Positions 1-12,109 of a stretch of 64,000 nucleotides of DNA are shown in pieces. The number at the start of each line of letters is the position of its first letter. The stretch's first letter is position 1. The translations under genes were made by a program, and so were the position numbers. The notes under the pieces were generated by a model. That model was given only the letters and a program-made list of their open reading frames with translations, made no database searches and was not told the DNA's origin. The DNA is from Nemertoderma westbladi (lineage: Eukaryota; Animalia; Xenacoelomorpha): NCBI GenBank assembly GCA_032718475.1, contig JAUCBJ010009104.1:9383-73382 (forward strand), in the 5' to 3' direction.

Positions 1-359
1 TATTTAGTATTTAGTTTTACGGCAAGTATTTTAGATGGCATGCACCCTTTTGACTGCTTTGCCCCTGTCAGCAGTATCGTTACTTTAGGTACTACCCCCC
101 TTTGACTGCTACCGCTTGTTAGTAGTATTGTTACGCAAGTCTGTTAATCCACTAGCTCATATATATACCATATAAATCACCAGGCTCCATTCCTCGCCAG
201 TAGTAGTTTGCATATTTAGTATCTGTTTATTTAGACACCCTGGACTGGGATTTATTGTCAGATACTGTACAAGCCCGTATACCAGTATACACTACTAGAT
301 CTTACAGTAAGATACATCATTACTAGGATCCGGTAAGCGGTATACTACTGGACTTTTCA
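1..359 (+). repeat. 3' part of the 5' LTR of element A
   Basis: Near-identical to 20669-21208 except for an about 190-bp segment (approx. 20834-21025) missing here; identity stops after TTTTCA at 359/21208. Confidence 0.85.
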
Positions 360-1124
360 GTAGGAGATATATATATATAAATATATATTATTAGCTATTG
401 TAAAGGTAGGAAGATATTTTACAATTTAAAATTAGTAAAGTTAGTAATTTGTAGAACGTCCCCTGCCAGTAGGCCTTAAGGGTAGTTTTATTCGTATTTG
501 GCTTGCTATAAATAGTTAGTTAGTTTGTAATTATTTGTTTTACGCCATGTGTATGCGGTGTTACTTTCGGTACTTGAAAAGGTACATAGGGTTTAAAGAC
601 CAAGTTGTATCGGTACCTAGGAAGAATTTTCGTAGAGTAGAAGTAAAACTCTCACCTTCCACCTTTCAGGACTCAAGGACTCATTTCTGGACCGCTTCGA
701 GGGATTAGACTGCTTTTCGCAAAGTTTGGGAGACACAAAATTCGTCCGCGACGCCGAAAATGGAATAACCCACGTCCGGTTTGTATTTGGAAATTTGTAC
801 GACTGGAACATCAAAGGAGTGTAAGTTTTACGACTCGTGTCGTTCAAACTTAAGAGCACAGTAGTACTCAAAATTTGTGGGTTCCACTGTCTAATTAGTA
901 GTGTTGTTGGTACTTATTTTCCCATTAGACGTTGCTGTTTTGCCTATTATTTGTACTTGTTGATCTACATTTTGGTACCGTATACCGTTATCTCACTAAT
1001 TCGTACAAATTTAGCCGGTAGGCTAGATTATTATATTTTATTATGTACCTTTGATTTTATTTGTACCGGTTAGGGTATATATATAGTATATATATACCAA
1101 GGTAAGTCTGACATTTTTGACATT

Positions 1125-2720
1125 TTGACATTTCGGCATTCTGATACTTTGACATTTTATTATCCGTACTTGACATATATAATAGACTTGAGTGATACAC
1201 CACATTCGACTCGATACCGACCTACCGACTATGACTCGTGTGACCCGGACAGATCGACAGTAGATGAACCGAGAAGGAGAACCCGAGATTCTACCAATGT
1301 CACACCGCGTGCATCGCCGGCACTGCGAATGGAAATACCGGAAGCCGCAACGTGTGGCGACGGCAGAATCGAAGATTTCCTTACCGTCCTGCAGACCAGA
1401 TCACGGGAACTGGACATGGTAAGTTCAACTGGAAGCTAGGAGAACATTATTAGGAGTATAGGAGGACACATGGCCCAGATTACTCAAAACTTGGGAGAAG
1501 GTTTTCGCGTTTTACGCGAGTTAACCACCCTGATGTCGAGATATGAGTTCTACACCTCACAGGTAAGGATAGAAAGTAGGGTACATGCCTCCGTAGATAA
1601 ACTTAAAGGTTTATATGAACTTGCAGAGTTGCGTGGTGACAACTTTACTCAGGTAAAGATAATAGATAAGTTGGTAAGTGCGAGGGAAAGCCTCATTCAG
1701 TTTAAGTCGGTTATAGGATCGACTCAGCAAGAACAACTCGACCAACTGATGTGTGAGTCAGTTTTGGACGCGTTGTTACAACCCGAAGAGGAAGAAGAAC
1801 TATACTGCCTGGATGGGAGGTTAGGGATGCTCACCAATTTTCTTCATAGATGCGGCGTACCGATCGAAGAACTGGAAGTCGAAAAGTTCTAACTATGGAA
1901 TGCTCGCGAGCCTACCAAATTCCACAACTGGATAGATCGTTCGTTAGTGTACGGAGCGACGTTGGCGACGTTATTAGGACAGCGTCTGTAATTACTCAAC
2001 AACAACAGGAGGTCGCACGCCGGCAACAAGTCGCTGAGGAAGAAACGCAACAGCAGTTGGCAGAGATAGCGGCTGAAGGAGAAAGACAGCGCAGAGAAGA
2101 TGTAGAAAAATTTGCGAAACTCCAGGCTCAAGACAAATTTGAAGCATCGGAGATTAGAGGAAGATTTAGCGCGAGAAGCGGCCGTGGCGGCAGCAGCCGA
2201 TGAGTTAGTACGACAGGCGGCAGCTGACGAGTTAGCACGACAGGCGGCGGTAAACGCAGACGAGTTAGCACAACAGGCAGCAGCTGACGAGTTAGCACGA
2301 GTTGCGGTGGTAAATGCAGCCGAGTTAGCACGGAAGAAAGCAGCATCCCACGCTCATGCCAAGTTGGAGGCGCGACAAATAAACGCTCGTTTAGCTATAC
2401 AGGAAGCGGAGTTAGCGGCACAACAACAGGTGGCCGATCGACACGAAAGGGAGGTGCAGCTCTAGTTCGAACTAAATCGCAGATCGCGCGAGGCGGCGAA
2501 CGCGCAAGAGGACCTCGAACTCGACGCGAGAGATAGATCTATAAGGTCTCGAGCTGGACATGGCCTGCTGCCCTGGATCGCATGGAGACTCGATATCGCG
2601 GAATTCAGAAGCGCATCGAGGAAGGAAGTGTGGGAGCGATAGATCGAGGAGAGGAGTTTGTCGAGGATTACTGTCAATGTTTTCCCCAAGTTATTCCTAT
2701 GCTCACACCCACGACTCCAG
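1125..2720 (+). pseudogene. gag: 5' part of BEL gag, copy 1 (stops and frameshifts; Ala/Glu-rich helical repeats)
   Basis: Follows LTR and leader; ORFs 1125-1439, 1470-1892, 1850-2203, 2112-2465 with DELARQAA repeats; position equivalent to the AAEAERK-repeat Gag N-terminus of element B. Confidence 0.65.
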
Positions 2721-2783
2721 TAAATGGATATCAGGATATGAAGGCTTCTGTTGGTCGTACAGAGTTAATTTTAGGCTTATTAA

Positions 2784-3480
2784 TAATCAAATATGCTCAA
2801 AATCAATGGAGCTTTGTTCATATTAATTATATATAATTAAACAATGGTGATTCCAAAACTGCTTTCAGATTTGCCATGCTGCCATAGCATATCAAGTTTT
2901 TTTCACAATTGCCAATTTGAGTTCAAATTACTTATCGCGAACAACTGTGATGAGTGAAGTAGATTCAATAATAATCAAATATGCTCCAAATCAATATAAA
3001 ACATGAAAAAGAGCTTTGTTAATTTGAGTTATATATTAAACAATACAATCTATATGGTAAATCGGCTATCAGATTTACCATAGCATATGTTGTAGATTGA
3101 TTTGGGGGTGAATTTTATTCTTATTGAATCTACTTTCACTCATAATAATTGTTTGCGATAAGTAATTTGAACTTAAATTGGCAATTGTAAAAAAAACATG
3201 ATATCCTATGGCAGTATGGCAAATATGAAAGCAGATTTGGAATCAGCATTGTTTAAAAATATATAATTCATATAAACAAAACTCCATTCAATGTTTTGGA
3301 TTGATTTTGAGCATATTTGATTCTCATTTGAATCGATGCCACTCATCACAGTCATTTGCAATAAGTTTTTGAACTCAAAGTGGTAATTGTGTAAAAACTT
3401 GATGTGGTAGGGCAAATCTGAAATCAGATTTGGAATCAGCATTGCCTAATTATGTATAATACATATGTGCAAAGCTTCTT
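2784..3480. repeat. AT-rich ~190-bp repeat in inverted (fold-back) arrangement; recurs at ~6836-7532 and ~10885-11582
   Basis: TAATCAAATATGCTC at 2784 and 2972 on +; reverse-complement copies (GAGCATATTTGATT at ~3309, GATTTGGAATCAGCATTG at ~3234 and ~3427) after ~3090. Confidence 0.8.
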
Positions 3481-5176
3481 CCTATATATTAGTTCTCTTT
3501 TGGTCGCTGGATGCACATATCTCTGCATCTATCAATCCTTATCTTAAATGCTTTGAAGTACAGTATAGTATTGTTGTATATCATGCACCATATCATTTTA
3601 TAATACAAATCAGATGCGATTTTTGGGATCTGCACCTTAAAATCAGTCAAAATCAAATTAAACTAACAGTTCCTAGATATAATTAACCAAAAGATATGTT
3701 TTGTGGCCGATTATTGATATCCAAATGGCGCTTAGGCACAAATTAGTGATGCTTGTGCAATAATTTCCCATGGGGTTGTGATGATTTTTTTTACTAAATA
3801 AACATAGGTTTGAATGGTTATACAATGCTAAAATCGAGATTAACTGAAATAAGATGCATGGAGGTAGACCTACAAAATGTTAATGCCAATATTTCAATAT
3901 GTCCTTGGCACAATCAATTGATTGATCGATTCATGAGTTGTGCCGGGCTTAAGTTATTGCCGGCTCATCGATTTAGTGGGTGTAGCTACACCCACTAAAT
4001 CGATGATTGCGGTTCAAATAAGTACGACCAACAGAAGCCTTCTTATCAGCAATTTCTATTATATTCTTACGGCAAGTATTTTAGATGGCATGCACCCTTT
4101 TGACTGCTTTGCCCCTGTCAGCAGTATCGTTACTTTAGGTACTACCCCCCTTTGACTGCTACCGCTTGTTAGTAGTATTGTTACGCAAGTCTGTTAATCC
4201 ACTAGCTCATATATATACCATATAAATCACCAGGCTCCATTCCTCGCCAGTAGTAGTTTGCATATTTAGTATCTGTTTATTTAGACACCCTGGACTGGGA
4301 TTTATTGTCAGATACTGTACAAGCCCGTATACCAGTATACACTACTAGATCTTACAGTAAGATACATCATTACTAGGATCCGGTAAGCGGTATACTACTG
4401 GACTTTTCAGTAGGAGATATATATATATATAAATATATATTATTAGCTATTGTAAAGGTAGGAAGATATTTTACAATTTAAAATTAGTAAAATTAGTAAT
4501 TTGTAGAACGTCCCCTGCCAGCAGGCCTTAAGGGTAGTTTTATTCGTATTTGGCTAGCTATAAATAGTTAGTTAGTTTGTAATTATTTGTTTTACGCCGT
4601 GTGTATGCGGTGTTACTTTCGGTACTTGAAAAGGTACATAGGGTTTAAAGACCAAGTTGTATCGGTACCTAGGAAGAATTTTCGTAGAGTAGAAGTAAAA
4701 CTCTCACCTTCCACCTTTCAGGACTCAAGGACTCATTTCTGGACCGCTTCGAGGGATTAGACTGCTTTTCGCAAAGTTTGGGAGACACAAAATTCGTCCG
4801 CGACGCCGAAAATGGAATAACCCACGTCCGGTTTGTATTTGGGAATTTGTACGACTGGAACATCAAAGGAGTGTAAGTTTTACGACTCGTGTCGTTCAAA
4901 CTTAAGAGCACAGTAGTACTCAAAATTTGTGGGTTCCACTGTCTAATTAGTAGTGTTGTTGGTACTTATTTTCCCATTAGACGTTGCTGTTTTGCCTATT
5001 ATTTGTACTTGTTGATCTACATTTTGGTACCGTATACCGTTATCTCACTAATTCGTACAAATTTAGCCGGTAGGCTAGATTATTATATTTTATTATGTAC
5101 CTTTGATTTTATTTGTACCGGTTAGGGTATATATATAGTATATATATACCAAGGTAAGTCTGACATTTTTGACATT

Positions 5177-6772
5177 TTGACATTTCGGCATTCTGATACT
5201 TTGACATTTTATTATCCGTACTTGACATATATAATAGACTTGAGTGATACACCACATTCGACTCGATACCGACCTACCGACTATGACTCGTGTGACCCGG
5301 ACAGATCGACAGTAGATGAACCGAGAAGGAGAACCCGAGATTCTACCAATGTCACACCGCGTGCATCGCCGGCACCGCGAATGGAAATACCGGAAGCCGC
5401 AACGTGTGGCGACGGCAGAATCGAAGATTTCCTTACCGTCCTGCAGACCAGATCACGGGAACTGGACATGGTAAGTTCAACTGGAAGCCAGGAGAACATT
5501 ATTAGGAGTATAGGAGGACACATGGCCCAGATTACTCAAAACTTGGGAGAAGGTTTTCGCGTTTTACGCGAGTTAACCACCCTGATGTCGAGATATGAGT
5601 TCTACACCTCACAGGTAAGGATAGAAAGTAGGGTACATGCCTCCGTAGATAAACTTAAAGGTTTATATGAACTTGCAGAGTTGCGTGGTGACAACTTTAC
5701 TCAGGTAAAGATAATAGATAAGTTGGTAAGTGCGAGGGAAAGCCTCATTCAGTTTAAGTCGGTTATAGGATCGACTCAGCAAGAACAACTCGACCAACTG
5801 ATGTGTGAGTCAGTTTTGGACGCGTTGTTACAACCCGAAGAGGAAGAAGAACTATACTGCCTGGACGGGAGGTTAGGGATGCTCACCAATTTTCTTCGTA
5901 GATGCGGCGTACCGATCGAAGAACTGGAAGTCGAAAAGTTCTAACTATGGAATGCTCGCGAGCCTACCAAATTCCACAACTGGATAGATCGTTCGTTAGT
6001 GTACGGAGCGACGTTGGCGACGTTATTAGGACAGCGTCTGTAATTACTCAACAACAACAGGAGGTCGCACGCCGGCAACAAGTCGCTGAGGAAGAAACGC
6101 AACAGCAGTTGGCAGAGATAGCGGCTGAAGGAGAAAGACAGCGCAGAGAAGATGTAGAAAAATTTGCGAAACTCCAGGCTCAAGACAAATTTGAAGCATC
6201 GGAGATTAGAGGAAGATTTAGCGCGAGAAGCGGCCGTGGCGGCAGCAGCCGATGAGTTAGTACGACAGGCGGCAGCTGACGAGTTAGCACGACAGGCGGC
6301 GGTAAACGCAGACGAGTTAGCACAACAGGCAGCAGCTGACGAGTTAGCACGAGTTGCGGTGGTAAATGCAGCCGAGTTAGCACGGAAGAAAGCAGCATCC
6401 CACGCTCATGCCAAGTTGGAGGCGCGACAAATAAACGCTCGTTTAGCTATACAGGAAGCGGAGTTAGCGGCACAACAACAGGTGGCCGATCGACACGAAA
6501 GGGAGGTGCAGCTCTAGTTCGAACTAAATCGCAGATCGCGCGAGGCGGCGAACGCGCAAGAGGACCTCGAACTCGACGCGAGAGATAGATCTATAAGGTC
6601 TCGAGCTGGACATGGCCTGCTGCCCTGGATCGCATGGAGACTCGATATCGCGGAATTCAGAAGCGCATCGAGGAAGGAAGTGTGGGAGCGATAGATCGAG
6701 GAGAGGAGTTTGTCGAGGATTACTGTCAATGTTTTCCCCAAGTTATTCCTATGCTCACACCCACGACTCCAG
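5177..6772 (+). pseudogene. gag: 5' part of BEL gag, copy 2
   Basis: Same as copy 1 but CAG replaces the TAG of copy 1, giving the 255-aa ORF 5177-5944. Confidence 0.65.
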
Positions 6773-9226
6773 TAAATGGATATCAGGATATGAAGGCTTC
6801 TGTTGGTCGTACAGAGTTAATTTTAGGCTTATTAATAATCAAATATGCTCAAAATCAATGGAGCTTTGTTCATATTAATTATATATAATTAAACAATGGT
6901 GATTCCAAAACTGCTTTCAGATTTGCCATGCTGCCATAGCATATCAAGTTTTTTTCACAATTGCCAATTTGAGTTCAAATTACTTATCGCGAACAACTGT
7001 GATGAGTGAAGTAGATTCAATAATAATCAAATATGCTCCAAATCAATATAAAACATGAAAAAGAGCTTTGTTAATTTGAGTTATATATTAAACAATACAA
7101 TCTATATGGTAAATCGGCTATCAGATTTACCATAGCATATGTTGTAGATTGATTTGGGGGTGAATTTTATTCTTATTGAATCTACTTTCACTCATAATAA
7201 TTGTTTGCGATAAGTAATTTGAACTTAAATTGGCAATTGTAAAAAAAACATGATATCCTATGGCAGTATGGCAAATATGAAAGCAGATTTGGAATCAGCA
7301 TTGTTTAAAAATATATAATTCATATAAACAAAACTCCATTCAATGTTTTGGATTGATTTTGAGCATATTTGATTCTCATTTGAATCGATGCCACTCATCA
7401 CAGTCATTTGCAATAAGTTTTTGAACTCAAAGTGGCAATTGTGTAAAAACTTGATGTGGTAGGGCAAATCTGAAATCAGATTTGGAATCAGCATTGCCTA
7501 ATTATGTATAATACATATGTGCAAAGCTTCTTCCTATATATTAGTTCTCTTTTGGTCGCTGGATGCACATATCTCTGCATCTATCAATCCTTATCTTAAA
7601 TGCTTTGAAGTACAGTATAGTATTGTTGTATATCATGCACCATATCATTTTATAATACAAATCAGATGCGATTTTTGGGATCTGCACCTTAAAATCAGTC
7701 AAAATCAAATTAAACTAACAGTTCCTAGATATAATTAACCAAAAGATATGTTTTGTGGCCGATTATTGATATCCAAATGGCGCTTAGGCACAAATTAGTG
7801 ATGCTTGTGCAATAATTTCCCATGGGGTTGTGATGATTTTTTTTACTAAATAAACATAGGTTTGAATGGTTATACAATGCTAAAATCGAGATTAACTGAA
7901 ATAAGATGCAGGGAGGTAGACCTACAAAATGTTAATGCCAATATTTCAATATGTCCTTGGCACAATCAATTGATTGATCGATTCATGAGTTGTGCCGGGC
8001 TTAAGTTATTGCCGGCTCATCGATTTAGTGGGTGTAGCTACACCCACTAAATCGATGATTGCGGTTCAAATAAGTACGACCAACAGAAGCCTTCTTATCA
8101 GCAATTTCTATTATATTCTTACGGCAAGTATTTTAGATGGCATGCACCCTTTTGACTGCTTTGCCCCTGTCAGCAGTATCGTTACTTTAGGTACTACCCC
8201 CCTTTGACTGCTACCGCTTGTTAGTAGTATTGTTACGCAAGTCTGTTAATCCACTAGCTCATATATATACCATATAAATCACCAGGCTCCATTCCTCGCC
8301 AGTAGTAGTTTGCATATTTAGTATCTGTTTATTTAGACACCCTGGACTGGGATTTATTGTCAGATACTGTACAAGCCCGTATACCAGTATACACTACTAG
8401 ATCTTACAGTAAGATACATCATTACTAGGATCCGGTAAGCGGTATACTACTGGACTTTTCAGTAGGAGATATATATATATAAATATATATTATTAGCTAT
8501 TGTAAAGGTAGGAAGATATTTTACAATTTAAAATTAGTAAAATTAGTAATTTGTAGAACGTCCCCTGCCAGTAGGCCTTAAGGGTAGTTTTATTCGTATT
8601 TGGCTAGCTATAAATAGTTAGTTAGTTTGTAATTATTTGTTTTACGCCGTGTGTATGCGGTGTTACTTTCGGTACTTGAAAAGGTACATAGGGTTTAAAG
8701 ATCAAGTTGTATCGGTACCTAGGAAGAATTTTCATAGAGTGGAAGTAAAACTCTCACCTTCCACCTTTCAGGACTCCAGGACTCATTTCTGGACCGCTTC
8801 GAGGGATTAGACTGCTTTTCGCAAAGTTTGGGAGACACAAAATTCGTCCGCGACGCCGAAAATGGAATAACCCACGTCCGGTTTGTATTTGGGAATTTGT
8901 ACGACTGGAACATCAAAGGAGTGTAAGTTTTACGACTCGTGTCGTTCAAACTTAAGAGCACAGTAGTACTCAAAATTTGTGGGTTCCACTGTCTAATTAG
9001 TAGTGTTGTTGGTACTTATTTTCCCATTAGACGTTGCTGTTTTGCCTATTATTTGTACTTGTTGATCTACATTTTGGTACCGTATACCGTTATCTCACTA
9101 ATTCGTACAAATTTAGCCGGTAGGCTAGATTATTATATTTTATTATGTACCTTTGATTTTATTTGTACCGGTTAGGGTATATATATAGTATATATATACC
9201 AAGGTAAGTCTGACATTTTTGACATT

Positions 9227-10821
9227 TTGACATTTCGGCATTCTGATACTTTGACATTTTATTATCCGTACTTGACATATATAATAGACTTGAGTGATAC
9301 ACCACATTCGACTCGATACCAACCTACCGACTATGACTCGTGTGACCCGGACAGATCGACAGTAGATGAACCAAGAAGGAGAACCCGAGATTCTACCAAT
9401 GTCACACCGCGTGCATCGCCGGCACCGCGATTGGAAATACCGGAAGCCGCAACATGTGGCGACGGCAGAATCGAAGATTTCCTTACCGTCCTGCAGACCA
9501 GATCACGGGAACTGGACATGGTAAGTTCAACTGGAAGCCAGGACAACATTATTAGGAGTATAGGAGGACACATGGCCCAGATTACTCAAAACTTGGGAGA
9601 AGGTTTTCGCGTTTTACGCGAGTTAACCACCCTGATGTCGAGATATGAGTTCTACACCTCACAGGTAAGGATAGAAAGTAGGGTACATGCCTCCGTAGAT
9701 AAACTTAAAGGTTTATATGAACTTGCAGAGTTGCGTGGTGACAACTTTACTCAGGTAAAGATAATAGATAAGTTGGTAAGTGCGAGGGAAAGCCTCATTC
9801 AGTTTAAGTCGGTTATAGGATCGACTCAGCAAGAACAACTCGACCAACTGATGTGTTAGTCAGTTTTGGACGCGTTGTTACAACCCGAAGAGGAAGAAGA
9901 ACTATACTGCCTGGACGGGAGGTTAGGGATGCTCACCAATTTTCTTCGTAGATGCGGCGTACCGATCGAAGAACCGGAAGTCGAAAAGTTCTAACTATGG
10001 AATGCTCGCGAGCCTACCAAATTCCACAACTGGATAGATCGTTCATTAGTGTACGGAGCGACGTTGGCGACGTTATTAGGACAGCGTCTGTAATTACTCA
10101 ACAACAACAGGAGGTAGCACGCCGGCAACAAGTCGCTGAGGAAGAAACGCAACAGCAGTTGGCAGAGATAGCGGCTGAAGGAGAAAGACAGCGCAGAGAA
10201 GATGTAGAAAAATTTGCGAATTCCAGGCTCAAGACAAATTTGAAGCATCGGAGATTAGAGGAAGATTTAGCGCGAGAAGCGGCCGTGGCGGCAGCAGCCG
10301 ATGAGTTAGTACGACAGGCGGCAGCTGACGAGTTAGCACGACAGGCGGCGGTAAACGCAGACGAGTTAGCACAACAGGCAGCAGCTGACGAGTTAGCACG
10401 AGTTGCGGTGGTAAATGCAGCCGAGTTAGCACGGAAGAAAGCAGCATCCCACGCTCATGCCAAGTTGGAGGCGCGACAAATAAACGCTCGTTTAGCTATA
10501 CAGGAAGCGGAGTTAGCGGCACAACAACAGGTGGCCGATCGACACGAAAGGGAGGTGCAGCTCTAGTTCGAACTAAATCGCAGATCGCGCGAGGCGGCGA
10601 ACGCGCAAGAGGACCTCGAACTCGACGCGAGAGATAGATCTATAAGGTCTCGAGCTGGACATGGCCTGCTGCCCTGGATCGCATGGAGACTCGATATCGC
10701 GGAATTCAGAAGCGCATCGAGGAAGGAAGTGTGGGAGCGATAGATCGAGGAGAGGAGTTTGTCGAGGATTACTGTCAATGTTTTCCCCAAGTTATTCCTA
10801 TGCTCACACCCACGACTCCAG
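9227..10821 (+). pseudogene. gag: 5' part of BEL gag, copy 3
   Basis: Private stop at 9857-9859; is 1 bp shorter near 10220 than copies 1-2, giving the fused 204-aa ORF 9952-10566. Confidence 0.65.
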
Positions 10822-11833
10822 TAAATGGATATCAGGATATGAAGGCTTCTGTTGGTCGTACAGAGTTAATTTTAGGCTTATTAATAATCAAATATGCTCA
10901 AAATCAATGGAGCTTTGTTCATATTAATTATATATAATTAAACAATGGTGATTCCAAAACTGCTTTCAGATTTGCCATGCTGCCATAGCATATCAAGTTT
11001 TTTTTCACAATTGCCAATTTGAGTTCAAATTACTTATCGCGAACAACTGTGATGAGTGAAGTAGATTCAATAATAATCAAATATGCTCCAAATCAATATA
11101 AAACATGAAAAAGAGCTTTGTTAATTTGAGTTATATATTAAACAATACAATCTATATGGTAAATCGGCTATCAGATTTACCATAGCATATGTTGTAGATT
11201 GATTTGGGGGTGAATTTTATTCTTATTGAATCTACTTTCACTCATAATAATTGTTTGCGATAAGTAATTTGAACTTAAATTGGCAATTGTAAAAAAAACA
11301 TGATATCCTATGGCAGTATGGCAAATATGAAAGCAGATTTGGAATCAGCATTGCTTAAAAATATATAATTCATATAAACAAAACTCCATTCAATGTTTTG
11401 GATTGATTTTGAGCATATTTGATTCTCATTTGAATCGATGCCACTCATCACAGTCATTTGCAATAAGTTTTTGAACTCAAAGTGGCAATTGTGTAAAAAC
11501 TTGATGTGGTAGGGCAAATCTGAAATCAGATTTGGAATCAGCATTGCCTAATTATGTATAATACATATGTGCAAAGCTTCTTCCTATATATTAGTTCTCT
11601 TTTGGTCGCTGGATGCACATATCTCTGCATATCTATCAATCCTTATCTTAAATGCTTTGAAGTACAGTATAGTATTGTTGTATATCATGCACCATATCAT
11701 TTTATAATACAAATCAGATGCGATTTTTGGGATCTGCACCTTAAAATCAGTCAAAATCAAATTAAACTAACAGTTCCTAGATATAATTAACCAAAAGATA
11801 TGTTTTGTGGCCGATTATTGATATCCAAATGGC

Positions 11834-11933
11834 NNNNNNNNNNNNNNNNNNNNNNNNNNNNNNNNNNNNNNNNNNNNNNNNNNNNNNNNNNNNNNNNNNN
11901 NNNNNNNNNNNNNNNNNNNNNNNNNNNNNNNNN
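11834..11933. other. Assembly gap (100 N)
   Basis: Run of exactly 100 N, a typical unknown-size scaffold gap. Confidence 0.99.
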
Positions 11934-12109
11934 TTCGCACGCGATCAATCGGTGACCAGTCACTCAACTTCAGTGTGTTTGAGCTATCTCTAATATTTGA
12001 TGTACATGCTTAAAATTTCGCATGTCGTATTTTTTGACGAAATGGAAACATTTGAGGGGGTCAGAGATGATAAATTCCAACCTTTCAAAATAAGGACCAC
12101 CCTAATGTG

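Larger units (their letters stand above)
17..11833 (+). repeat. Tandem array of a 4.05-kb unit (17-4066, 4067-8118, 8119-11833 truncated by gap)
   Basis: ORF track repeats at offsets of about 4050-4052; junctions ...ATATTC|TTACGGCAAG at 4067 and 8119; copies differ by scattered SNPs and indels. Confidence 0.97.

Noticed and set aside
617-1073. Short ORFs in the leader and LTRs (also 23980-24261 and 40604-40885)
   Set aside because: No recognisable domains; they recur only because the DNA is repeated.
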